DNA of 64,000 nucleotides. It comes from Asterias rubens. Taxonomy: Eukaryota. Positions 46,794 through 58,684 of this stretch are shown here, piece after piece. The position numbers and the translations under genes are program-made. The stretch is taken from contig NC_047072.1 in the NCBI RefSeq assembly GCF_902459465.1, forward strand, positions 8,060,001 to 8,124,000. The letters run 5' to 3'. The number at the start of each line of letters is the position of its first letter. Position 1 is the stretch's first letter. The notes beneath the pieces are model-generated. The model saw nothing but the letters and a program-made list of their open reading frames with translations. It did not search any database and was not told where the DNA came from.

Positions 46794-47029
46794 ATTGTTT
46801 TATTTTTTTTCTCTCAAATCTATAGCATTTCAGACACAAATATTAAAGGAAATTCTTTCACGTTGACCATATTTATTCCGTGTAAATAAGTTGAGGGCAA
46901 ATATGTAAACATTTGTAAGCCTTAACCAATGTTGTGCGTACACAATATATTGGAAGTTGACAATTTTAAATGTTGTTTTTGGGGTAAATCTCTATATATT
47001 CATGGTTTATAGGGAACAATCTTTTGGTG

Positions 47030-48660
47030 ATGCACCTTTAATCTAAAAGGTGAGCCTACCAACGCCATACACGTTGTGTCTACTTTAATGGTTGCGCTTT
47101 TATTTCGGTTTTATTATTAGTAAATAATTATGTGTACCAGGTTTGCTGAGTTTGCTTTTTTATTTTTTGCAAGTTCAAAATATATAAAAAAACTTATAAC
47201 TTCGCGTGACTGCTTGGTATTTATCAAGTTTGCCTTTTTGCTGTCTGTAGTCCAAAAATAACTATGAGTGACTCGTTGGTGTTTATCAAGTTTGCTTTTG
47301 TACTTTCTGTAAGGTTGTTGACAGCTTTCGTAATCAGGAAAACTTTTTGTTCTGTGGATTGTGACAATCTTGAATCAAGGAAGCTTACATTGTAGTACTT
47401 TAAAGTAACGTAGAAGTTTTACAACTCTCAAAGCTTGTGAAACTTTTTTTTTAGCGAGAGGAGAAGAGTGCACAGACCGTTTGTAACTGGATCGATTTAA
47501 ATGTGTCAAACTATCCAGTGTCTTCTTGCGCTCTTTTTTACTCTTTTTCTATCTTTCTGAAAGAGGGCTTCTGAAAGAGTGGGAGATCTAGACCCACGCA
47601 TGTTTTCTCAGGTCCAGGGGTAGCAGTTAAAATACAGAGACATCCTGGTTCTGTTTTTTAAGGTCCCTGTCAAGAAAAATCATTCACAGAGGTGACAAGG
47701 CAGTGAAAAGAACGTCTTGAGTTTGTGATAACACCTGGACAACAAAATCTGGCGTAACAAACATCGTGTGTATTACGATCCTTGCAACGAAAAAAATCAA
47801 GCGGCTGGCATTTTGCGGCATTTGCACTTTTTTTTCTTTCTTCTTCTTCTCTACCTCGGAGTCCGACTTTATTTTCCTTTTTTTTTTCACTGCTTCGTTT
47901 TCCTGGGATGCGACTCTGATCATGATCAGAAACAAACGGAACTACTGTACACCCGATATTGATCTCCTGTCATGGACTCGGCATATTTGTCGAGATATTT
48001 TGGGATCGAGATGGCATGTTGTTTCGTTTGAAAGAGTTTTTTGTGCAACTGAAGTGAAGAGCATCAGTTATTTTTTCCTTCTTGGGTGTATGTGACTTTT
48101 TTTGAGTCTCCTTGTTTTGTTGTTTTCTGGTTGGTCTGTTTAAGATGACAGCTGGCTGGTTGGCGTGTCTGTCTCTTGGCTGTTCTTCCAAGTCTTTTGG
48201 CTGGCTTGATTTCTCTAGTTAAAGTGGCTTGGGCTTGGTACCGGAGTGGCTTGGCTGGTAAACTGGCTGGTAAACTGGCTGGTAAACTAGTTGGTTAGGA
48301 GATGACAAAGTGGTTGGCCAGCTAAGCTGATGAGTAAGCTGGCCTGTTGGCTTGTAGGTTGGCTGGTTGTTAAAGTGTTTGTCTTGCTGCTTCACCGGCT
48401 GATTAGTGGTGACAAAGTGTTGGTAGTTGGTGATCAAGCTGATGAGTTGGCTTGTAGAAAGACTGGTTGGCTTGCAAAGTGCTGGCCTGTTGGCTTGTAA
48501 GTTGACTGGTTGTTTGAGTGTTTCTCTGGCCAATCCCCTGAGGACCATGTCAAACTTCTTTGCAATCCGGCTGACTAGTGTAGCCATTGAAAAGCATCCA
48601 TATTTAGTATGAAGTATGGCCACGTGAAAAAGCTGGCTGACTAGTAAAACAACAAGCTTC
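47030..48660 (-). pseudogene. Possible decayed coding sequence of unknown (TE or viral?) origin
   Basis: Strong strand asymmetry and several abutting protein-like frames broken by stops and frameshifts. No recognised motif. Confidence 0.2.
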
Positions 48661-49833
48661 GCGGTCCTGCTGGCCAGCCACTAAAAAAAGTTAAGGGCTA
48701 CCTTTGCCCTTGTTGTGCACTTCACAACCGTCCAAAAATGTAACCGCCCGGACTTAGTGAAACTAAGAACCACTGGACACGAGTCAGTGAGTGTTTAAAG
48801 ATCACCTTCAAATATGTGATGTGGAAAATCTGGCTCTGATTAGTGGACGGAACGTGTACTCCTTTGCTCCCTGCACACACCCACCTCCCCCCTTCCTTAA
48901 AAATATAGAACGACTCCAACATGCAAATAGACTGAAGTGCTGTTTGCAAACAGACAACACACCGTTGGTCAGGAAGTCAAGTCTGTTATAACAAACGAAC
49001 CCCCCTCGTCCAATCAGTATTAGATTCCAGGTGCCGTCTATAATCCGCCGCGCCACTAAACTCAAAGGGCAGGGCACTATTTAGGGGTCTGATATATGGA
49101 AACGATTTGTCGCAATTGTTTGATTCCCTCCTCGCCGGGGTCGTAAATGATGCTGTTCCTTAATTCTTCAACCTCCATCTCTCTCTTTTTTCCCTCCTCC
49201 TCCTCCTCTACCCCCCCCCCCCCCCCCGATTCCTGTCATGGTGACATCAGTAAAATGTCAGCCGTGTGGAAGGCATTCAGTGCTCCCACTGGCCTACTTG
49301 TATGTTGTATTGAGGAGCAATGAGGAGCCCAAAGGCATTTCTTTACATGTGGTTGTGCTGGTAGAGGAAAGTGCAGCTGTACTGTGTCGCTGATACTTAC
49401 AAGATGGTGATGTGGAGAAGTACACTGGACGCTCTTGTGTATTGGAAGAGACTGTGCAATTTTTTTTTACATATTTGTTTTTGTTTATTGATAACCAACA
49501 GCCGTTAACCGCCACTAACAGGTATCATCAAGTATGTAATTAAAAAAAGGAAATAAGAAAGCACTGAACTCATTTTGTTCAATAAATATGTAAATATTCA
49601 AGAAAACCAAAAGCGAAGAAGGATTTTTATTTTATTTGTTTGTTTGTTTGTCCAGTATTGGACCTAGCGAATGCTTAAATCTGGAGTGATTTGTACACTC
49701 CACTTTCCTCCGTCTCTCTTTTTTCTCTACTTGAGAAAGTCTGGCGAAATTGTAAATAAGAATCGTTTCTCTCGTTTAATTTTTGTATTTTGATCGCACC
49801 GTCAATAGAAAGGCCTTAGGCTGGTTCAATACA

Positions 49834-50203
49834 GCTGGTAAGTGTGCCGGTTTTGACAGAGCGAGGATAGCCGGTCTTGCTTACTGGAAAGGTAGTTACA
49901 GGGAAAAATGTCCTGCGTGTGCTGTTGAACTTGGTTACTTGCCTAGCAGATTTGTGCCGGTAAGCGTGCTGGTTTTGACAGAGCTTGGATAGTTGGTCCT
50001 GCTTACTGGAAAGGGGGTACAGGGAAAAATGTGCTGCGTGTGCTGTTAAACTTAGATGGTTCCTTGCTTAGCAGATTTGTGCTGGTAAGCTTGCTGGTTT
50101 TGACAGAGCTTGGATAGTCGGTCTTGCGTACTGTAAAGGGAGTTACATGGAAAAATGTGCTGCTTGTGCTGTTGAACTTGGTTACTTGCCTAGCAGATTT
50201 GTT
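49834..50203. repeat. Tandem array, ~122-125-bp unit x3
   Basis: ggttttgacagagc recurs at 49849, 49971 and 50096 with conserved intervening sequence. Confidence 0.92.
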
Positions 50204-50384
50204 AAGTAGTATTTTTCAAAGCTACATTACTGTATGTAGGAAATGACTAAACATGGTTTGTATGAAGGTGTTCAGCGAAAAAGTGCGACTAGAAAGTTTT
50301 TAGTGAATGTTTAGGCTGTAGCAAAGTTTCCTGTGTGTGCAATGCAAAGTAATTTGTATGTTTTATCAAAGACCTGGAATTACA

Positions 50385-50500
50385 TGGAGACAATGGCCTC
50401 CGTTGCCCTGGTCTTGGCCTTGGTGCCTCTTCAAACCTACATAATTTTTAATTGAAGTGCCCTTCGTCAAACTAATGGGCCTTGCCCTTTCAAATATGAA
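50385..50500 (+). mobile_element. Family E repeat, partial
   Basis: atggcctccgttgccctggtcttggccttggtgcc...ttgccctttcaaa. Confidence 0.65.
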
Positions 50501-50510
50501 AAACCCACAG

Positions 50511-50630
50511 GGGTCGATTTCACAAAGAGTTAGGAGATAATAAAAATGTATGGCTATAGTCCTAAGTTAGGACTAGTAACTCGTCCTTAGTCGAGATAAG
50601 ACTTGTCTTAACTCTTTGTGAAATCCACCC
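50511..50630 (+). mobile_element. Family D MITE
   Basis: gggtcgatttcacaaagagttagga ... taactctttgtgaaatccaccc, with cag on both flanks. Confidence 0.9.
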
Positions 50631-50639
50631 CAGATCTGT

Positions 50640-50900
50640 TATTATCCATAGCGTGTAACTTTATCTGTTTCTAATAATAAACCACAAGGGAAACTGACTG
50701 GGTACATTTTTAAATGATTTTGGATTGAACAAAGAAAAATTGACTAGAGCGGGATTTGAACCAACGACCTCTGGATTAACGTGCCGGCGCTCTACCAACT
50801 GAGCTATCTAGCCCTATGTTGGCGGTCTCCCAATTTTGTCAATATCCTTGTTCGGGGGTGCCTGTCAGAAGCCTTTAAACCCGGGTAACGATACAACCTG
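50640..50900 (-). mobile_element. tRNA-module repeat (SINE-like); tRNA-like part at 50742-50813
   Basis: Minus strand GGCTAGA-TA-GCTC-AGTTGGTA-GAGC...GGTTCAAATCCC..TCTAGTC. Acceptor and D stems pair, anticodon and T stems are broken. Homologous copies at 28690 and 56395. Confidence 0.8.
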
Positions 50901-51094
50901 TCAGATAGTTAGCTCTGTTCGAACTTATGCAGGAAGCAGCTTCACTGATTTTGGACCTAAGTGTCATGTTTTGAGGAAACAACCAGTGGTTTGGACGCTT
51001 GACAAAGAGAACAAAATCCGGGTTGAAAGAGTTACATACATGAAAACAAAAAATACCGTTGGTACACCATTCCAATATTCAATTATTTATCTTC

Positions 51095-51454
51095 TTAAAG
51101 GCAGTGGACACTATTGGTAATTACTCAAAATAATTATAAGCATAAAACCTTACTTGGTAACGAGTAATGGGGAGAGGTTGATAGTATAAAACATTGTCAG
51201 AATTGGCTCCCTCTGAAGTAATGTAGTTTTCGCGAAAGAAGTAGTTTTCCACAAATTTTATTTTGAGACCCTCAGATTTAGAATTTGAGGTCTCGAAATC
51301 AAGCATCTGAAAGCACACAACTTCGTGCGACAAGGTGTTTTTTCTATCATTATTATCTCGCAACTTTGACGACCAATTGAGCTCAAATATGTTGAGATTC
51401 ACCAATCGAGAAGACTAGTCTTTGACAAGTACCAATAGTGTCCACTGTCTTTAA
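51095..51454 (+). mobile_element. Family A MITE
   Basis: TTAA-bounded, both TIRs. Confidence 0.93.
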
Positions 51455-51969
51455 CAGTTCTTTACATACACATTGAAACCAAATACAATTTATGATATTT
51501 TTTCCATACCTAAATCAAATTTTGGTGTTTTTTTGTACCTAAAAGCGAACAAAAATAAACAAGAAAAAAAAAGAGTTATATAAAAGCTTGTCAAAATGGT
51601 ACACATAGTATTTGGGTCAATCTGTGTACTCAACACATTGTAAAACTTTATAAAAAAATAGACACCAGATTGGAATGGAAACTACAACTACAGAAATCAA
51701 AACACAGTTTAGTGTGGCATTACTGATGTGGCATTTCATCAACATAAAAAGAGAAAGTATAAATTGTCTTTTTGTTTCATTGGTGTTGTAGGAAGAGGTT
51801 TAATTTCAAATGCATACAGGAAGTACATGCCGGATAATTAGGCCACATGGTTCTGATACTGCAGTATTCATTGGTTGTGTTTTAATCAAACTCCGAGGAC
51901 ACCTTTCCTGAAGGAAGTTGTTCTAACATTGACAATCCTGTCAGTAATTCTTTTGGGAGATACACTAAG

Positions 51970-52105
51970 TTAAAGGATTTAGATACCTTTTCAAAATGTC
52001 CATAGTAAACATTAAACTTACAGGGTTTGAAGATAATGATAGTGGAAAGCTTTCCTTCAAATATTACTTGCTGAGGTGCTGTAGTTTTTGAGAAATGAGT
52101 AAAAC
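51970..52105 (+). mobile_element. Family B MITE, left part only
   Basis: ttaaaggatttagataccttttcaaaatgtcc...gaggtgctgtagtttttgagaaatgagt. Confidence 0.88.
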
Positions 52106-53498
52106 AATACGATAGGCCTACAGTTTTCTGGAATATAAATTCATTTCAGAGACAAAACATTGCACCTTAAAAAAAAGTGGTTTATTTATTTCATAATCAT
52201 CTAGCTTTCACCCTTAAATTTAAACAATAATTGTTTTTATCCTTACATTGTTTAATACCTTTAAATACTATTTTTTCTACGTATACCGTAACAAAATCAC
52301 TGCCTGACAAAATGTAATTGACATCCAGTTGGCTCGTTATCAAATCATTTTTGTGCAATAATTTCATCCAGGCCACGTGCTGGTGTCCCCCCCTCCCCCA
52401 ACTCTCCTAAACCACTCCTTCCCCTAGCCCAACCATCCACTAAGAAATCCCTACTAAAATAATTATTCTGTAAAATCTCTCTTGATGCGTTCCGCTCAAT
52501 TTAACACAGTCTCCCCCTTCCATTACCCGCACCATGACGGGTGCATTGTTAGCACCCCGCACTCCAGAACCCAAAGTAAGAAGAAAAGAAAGAGGGAAAA
52601 AAAAATCCATATTGCTCATTCCGCCAATTTCCATCAATTCTTCCACTCAATTTACTGCCCTTCCTCTCTCTTCAAGTCCAGAGCCCCTCCTACAACCAGT
52701 AGCATGCCCCAGACCCACTCTAGTATACCAACCAAGTATCACCGTTTGGAAATTGGGAAGAAAAAAAAGAAGAAAAAAAAAGAGAGAAAAAAAAACAAAA
52801 AAAAAACGTCAAGGGTTTCGATGCCCCAGACCCACTGTATACCAAGTATCGTCGTTAAGAAAAAGAGAAAAAGTCAAGGGGTTTGATTTTTTTCTCTCTC
52901 TCCCCCTCTCTCTCTCTTCCACCATTCACCCTTTTTTCTTCTCATCGTTGTTGTTGTTGGTTGTGGGTGCTTACTGGGGGTCGTTTGAAGCCACCGCTGA
53001 CCCTGTAACTTGACACCGTGGAGGGGCTTGAAAATCCGTGCGCTGAGGGCCGGAAGTTATATTTGTCGGTATAACAATGGAGTGAATGGGTCGATTGCGG
53101 CAGCGCCGGCAATGTTTTTTTTCTTTTTCTTTCTCTCTTCATTTTCCCCCCCCCTTCTTCTAACAGTTGGGTAGTTATATTGTGGTTGAGAGTTTGGGGC
53201 TGTGGTGCAAATGCTGTGTGACTGCTTACTACACGGATTTGTTATGTCAATACAAAGTGGAAAACAGAAGATTTAGTGGGGTTGCTGTTTGAAAATTAAA
53301 ATGTTTGTATATTTTGTTTACTAATGAGAGAGACTGAAGTTAGGGTCATGGATTTGTAGATATTCCCAAAATTGATAATCATAAAAAAAAACTTGCTTTG
53401 TGAGAAGCGCTGCAGTTATTGAGAGTATATACTATTTTGAGAAGGGATTCCTATTTTAAAGTATTGGAAACGATTCATGCATGAATGTTATTTTTCAG

Positions 53499-53597
53499 AT
53501 AACTGGGGGTTGGTGTCGATTCGCGAATGCTGCGGCCAGAGATGCAGTTGGTTGCCACTGTCAACTCGCTGAACGTGGATGCAAAGATACCATGATA
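53499..53597 (+). CDS. Weak candidate exon (phase 0: ITGGWCRFANAAARDAVGCHCQLAERGCKDTMI)
   Basis: Good acceptor tgttatttttcag and a GC-richer 99-nt block, but only a weak GTTTGT donor. Could be a non-coding or terminal exon (aataaa near 53687). Confidence 0.25.
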
Positions 53598-53844
53598 GTT
53601 TGTTTTGGTTTTCTTAGAAATAGACACTTGAATCGGCTGAAATGTTCCCATGTGACTCTTATTACATCTTTCTTGATAATGTTGCCAATAAATCAGCATC
53701 ACATTGACAAAAAAACAAAACAATCTATGGCCCTACCTTTAAATCAAGAACATATTTTGTTACAAATTGATCAAAGTTCTATGACTATGTTTCATGAAGA
53801 CTTCACAAAATGCACTCTTTCCGTAAAGCCAGCAATGCAGACCT

Positions 53845-54000
53845 GGTTCTTTAAGGAGGCAACAAAGGCCATTTCCTCCATGGCCCCTGGTCATTGCCTT
53901 GGTGCCCTTTAAATGCTCCAGTAGAAACTCACAATTTCCTCATAGGGTGTCCTTTACCAAGGGAAAAATGTCTTGGTGCCCTTGCCCTTTCAATACACAA
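53845..54000 (+). mobile_element. Family E repeat
   Basis: ggaggcaacaaaggccatttcctccatggcccctgg...ttggtgcccttgccctttt. Confidence 0.75.
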
Positions 54001-55394
54001 AGCAACAAACCTTCACCTATCCAGCTTACTTAAGAAAGTTCAGCTCGGATCAAAGGACTAAAAAGGCAAAGTCGACTGGCAATCCCTATCAGGAAAACGA
54101 TAATACAACAAGCCGGTAATGAAACTTGCAAGATGTTAGAACCCCCTGGAACATCAAGAAAAAGAAAAAGAAAAAAAAAGAACAAAAAAGTGTTAAGTAG
54201 CAAAGCAATCATGTGCACTGACACAAGAAGCCATTATAAGGTGATTTTGCAAATATTTACGCTGGATAAGAAACTAAAGTCATTGCAGCTGCGGTGCGAT
54301 TATTAACACAGGCTCACAGCCATTTTTTCCTTCCCTGTCAAATGCAGGGGTTGTGTATATATAGCGTCCTATTGTTTGCCGGTCGTTGACTTGCATAAGG
54401 TAGGCTTGTTCATCGTGGTGTGATTTGGGAAATCACTCCCAGTGTACTGTGGGGGTTTTTCACAGATGAGGTGTATAAGGGTCTGGCTTGCCAGCCAGCG
54501 GTCGTAGCCCCAGGATGTTTTGAGCGCGGTGTTTTAAATCGTGGATATTTTCTAAAGGGAAAGGGATGCTATGACCATTTTGGTACATGCAGTGTCGGTG
54601 TGGCGTTTGGTGTTATGCTCCAAAACAAACTTAAGAGGGATTAATGTGGACCTTTATTTTGGTTGAGAATTTTCTTTTTGCAAAAAGGAAACTGTTGGAT
54701 GCTTGCCTCATCCGGGGTCAAAAAGATGTTAACTTGATTTTGGGAAATATTTGGAAAATGATAAGAGAAAAAGTTAATTCTTTGGTGTTTTAAATTTGTT
54801 GACCCTAACCTAAGATTGTAAAAAAGGGTGGTACACAATTTTAGTCAGATCAAATTCACATAAAACCCAAAAGATAAAACCACTTTAGAATGTCCCCAGA
54901 TTGGGGTTTGTAAAACCGAAGATAAACACAACATCCCAGAGAGCTTGTTTCAATTCAGTGTCCTCCAGCCGAACTTCAAAAAATGTTGGTCCAGAATGCT
55001 TCAAATATTTTGAAAAAAGCTGGAGAGAACTCCTGTTCTCTGAGTATCATTTCAATGTTGTTCAGAGAATGTTTATGGATAATTAGCTGATGTACTTGAG
55101 GTTTTGTTGTTATGGCATAAGAAACTTAAAAACACTTTGCAAATAATTGTGCCCAAGGGATTTTCTACTTCCTGTCTATCTGCTTGTCTTTCTGAGTTTG
55201 GAAAGGGGGGGGGGTAGTCAACATGTTCAAGACAAATATACCTTACAAACAAAACAAACTTACAATACTAAATTGGATGCTAGGGTCTACAAGTGTTCTT
55301 ATTGTCAGTAAAATGCAGCTAATTCTTACGAAGTATTTAACAGGAGGGTAATCAAAAAAAATAGTATGTTCACTAAGATTTATTTGTTGTTGAA

Positions 55395-55650
55395 AGATAC
55401 ATTTTTGGGTAGAAGATACATTTTTTGGTGGTAGATATATTTTTGGAGTGGAATATATTTTTTGTATGGAAAAAATTTATATATATATTTTTGGGGTTTT
55501 GGGGTTGAAATATATTTTTTGGTGGAAGATACATTTTTTGGTGGTAGATATGTTTTTGGAGTGGAATATATTTGTTTGTATGGAAACAATTTATATATAT
55601 ATTTTTGGGGTTTTGGGGTTGAAATATATTTTTTGGTGGAAGATAAATTT
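55395..55650. repeat. Tandem repeat, ~113-bp unit x2.3 with ~20-bp subrepeats
   Basis: gaagatac/gaagataa at 55412, 55525 and 55639, with near-identical intervening sequence. Confidence 0.88.
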
Positions 55651-57423
55651 GTTGGGTGGGTTGTTACAAGTGCAATGACCGACTGTATACACTGGGAAGT
55701 GGAATAGGCTCCCCAAGGGTGGCACTTGTACTTGGGGGTTTCTATTCATCACACGTTGTAATACACATTGTTGTCGGCTCTCGCACGCCCGGAGGGTTTC
55801 AAACAACCCAGCAAGACCCCGAGACTGTCAAAGCCCTTTGTGTTGTGTCTACATTATTAAGTCAGAATTACTCTACTCTGCAGGCGTGTAGAGTATAGTA
55901 GAGAGTAGAGAGAGGGAGTCCAGTGAGATGGGTCTTTGTATCGGGGCCGACTATGGAGACAGGTTTTTTTTTCGTCAGAGAGAGGGACAGGGAAATTAAA
56001 ATAACAAAAAGTAGAGCGTGGGGAATACCTGTAGAATTGGCTTGAATCTGCTTTCCATTTTTGTGATTTTTTTCCCCATTATTCATGAGTAATATTGGTA
56101 TGACTGTCCCTGTGATTTTTTGGTTGTGCGATTTTTTGATGGAGTTGTGGTTTTGGAAGAAGTGATGATTGTAGTCACCCTTTTTTTGTCTTCCTCCTCT
56201 TTTCAGAGATTGGGCACAGGGGAGGAGAGGTTTTTTGGGTGGGAAGTGGGGTAGCTTGACAGTAAAACAGACTGAGTGATGACTGGACAGGGTTTTGAAC
56301 TGTAGCTTATTACTCAAACTATATGGTGCAAATTATAAAAGGAGTGTGAGACATTCTAGTTTGGATTTTCAGTTTAAAACACAGTACACAAAAAATGATC
56401 CAGAGGTCGTTGTTTCAAGTCCCGGTCTTGTCACTTTGTCTCTGATATTAGAACAATTATTTAAAACTAACCCAATCAGTTTCCTGTGTGGTGTATTAAT
56501 AGGCCACCTTGACATATTAAACAAAAAGTGCATCCCCTTTAAGGCAAGGTATACCAATTTGGTGTTTGAAACTGTTGGATGGTTTAAATCCTACACAAAT
56601 TATACACTTAAAATTACCTGTGAAATTTTTATTTTAAAAGGTGGTCTCGTTTTTGAGATATCGAGATATTGAGATATATTTTAGTGAAAATGTCTATGCA
56701 GGAAAAATAATCAGTAATTTGAATGCACAATCTAAGAAAAGGATGTTTTTCTATAACCATGTATACATTTTGTAACTTTGAGGTGAAATGATTCTCAAAA
56801 TGCTTTACATTATCGGAAGCCGCTGTACTTCTTGCCAAGTAAGTTTGTACTGCCATTGATTCTATTGAAAAGTGATGTCCAAAGGTATACCTTCCCTTTA
56901 ATATGATTGACTTGATTTATTTATGACATTTTCTTTAATAAGGAATGAATAAATGTTACCTGAAAATTGATCACCAATCATCCGTAACAACTGAGGGAAA
57001 GGGGAGGGGGAGGGGAGGTATGCTCCGACTCAATTTTATTAAGCACAATTAGTGAGATGATTTCGTCTGCAAAAAACCCCAAAAGTTCAAATGTGCAGCA
57101 ATTCACTTGATTTACCGGGTGACATCTATCATCAAGTAATGAAGCATTATGCAGAAAATGACGAGAATCATTAAGCCTGACTAAATAAACATTCCGCACA
57201 TTTAGCTGCGGACTTCCTCTTGTATACACATGAAGCCGATTCAATCTGTGATGGATGATGAACTGCAGATTAGTGATGATTCGGAGCGAGCCTAGATTAT
57301 ACAGCCCTTTTCACACGACGACGGCAGTTTAGCAGGGGTCCCTTGCTTAGTTTGAGAAGGGTTGAAGGACAATATTGTTTGGAAAGGACAATATTGTTTG
57401 GACTGTATCCAAACTCAATATCA

Positions 57424-57673
57424 GGGCAAAATTTCATGGCTCTGCTTACCGTAAGCAGAGAATCGGCGCTTACGGAAGCAGGAAATTCTGTGCTTAACGC
57501 AAGCTTATTTCACGGGTTAGCAGCGAATTTGGGCTTCTGATAGGCTAACGCCACGTTACTATAGGCATTCTACCCTTACAAGGCTAGCGCAGAAATTCGT
57601 CGCGTGCACGTAAGCGGGAAATGGTGATCGTAAGCGCAGAATTCGGCGGTAAGCAGAGCCAGGAAATTGGGCC
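57424..57673 (-). mobile_element. Family C MITE
   Basis: Reverse copy of 29210-29457, flanked by cag and ctg. Confidence 0.9.
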
Positions 57674-57699
57674 CTGATGGCCTTGTCACTAGAATGTAG

Positions 57700-57800
57700 T
57701 ATGAGCCCTGGCTTGGTGGGTCGCTGCACTTGTGTCCTTGAGCAAGACACTAAAAGCTGCTTCTCTTTATCCAGCAATTAATGAATACTGGGTAATACTT
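57700..57800 (+). mobile_element. SINE family M fragment
   Basis: cacttgtgtccttgagcaagacact central domain. Confidence 0.65.
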
Positions 57801-58254
57801 GTTACCTTTTTTTACTGCCAGTCCATTTTTTTTATCCAGTCAACGTGGAGGCAAACAGATCTCTATGATCACACAAGATACATTGTTTTTCTTCTGAGAC
57901 TGTATGACTTTCCTCAAAGAAAATTGTGTAAACGTTGAAACGTGAATGTTGTCTTTCTTGGAGATTGCCCGGAACGATTGGCTGTAAGGGTGGCTTGGCC
58001 TTTAGCTCGGAAATGATTCTTGTGATTAATTTTGCATGGCGCATGACTGACTTTGCAGCACAGGGGGAGCTAGGTTTTTAGGGGTTGAAATAAAACAATA
58101 ACAGAAGTAATATCGTTTATGAGCCATGATTGTTATACTTGACAAATACCAGCTTATAAGTATATCTTTACCATTTTTCAAGAGATTATTATTTAATTTT
58201 GTTTTGTTTTGCCATTTTTCTTTCCCATCTTTCTTTTAATGCATTGTAAAAATG

Positions 58255-58480
58255 TTTGTGAGGAGTGTGGGTTTGAGTCCCGTTAGTGACACTTGTATCC
58301 TTAAGCAAGACACTGAACCATTATTGCTTCGTCCTTCGGATGGGTCGTAAAGCCGTTGGTTCCGTGTGTTGTGTTTTTGATGTAAAATAACCCAGTGCAC
58401 TTATTGAAAAGAGAAGGGGTTTGCTCCAATGTGTCTGGCAGTGAATACTGAATACACTTGGGAACCCTTATTAGGTGCTA
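58255..58480 (+). mobile_element. tRNA-derived SINE (family M)
   Basis: B-box-like gtgggtttgagtccc, then gacacttgtatccttaagcaagacactgaacc...cttcggatgggtcgtaaagccg. Matches 21995-22190. Confidence 0.78.
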
Positions 58481-58606
58481 CATAAATCAGTCTCATAATT
58501 CATAAACAAAATCAAAACCTGTCTTAAAAAAAAAAAAAAAAAAAACGTTTCTCTTAGTTCAAACACCTTATTAGTGGATGGTTGATGATGCGCTATACAA
58601 GACTCA

Positions 58607-58618
58607 AATATTATTATA

Positions 58619-58683
<65 letters not shown>
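58607..58683. repeat. (TTA)n microsatellite
   Basis: Direct reading. Confidence 0.97.

Positions 58684-58684
<1 letters not shown>

Noticed and set aside
50742-50813. Functional tRNA-Asn(GTT) gene
   Set aside because: The anticodon and T stems have mismatches, position 33 is not U, and the flanks are shared with other dispersed copies. It is a repeat-borne tRNA-like module.
1013-51405. Recurrent ORFs such as CHTKLCAFRCLISRPQ and HEVVCFQMLDFETSNSK
   Set aside because: All are chance frames within family A MITE copies. Stops and starts vary between copies and there is no transposase motif.
57230-57295. Acidic mini-ORF MKPIQSVMDDELQISDDSERA
   Set aside because: 21 codons, weak acceptor and no homology; consistent with chance.
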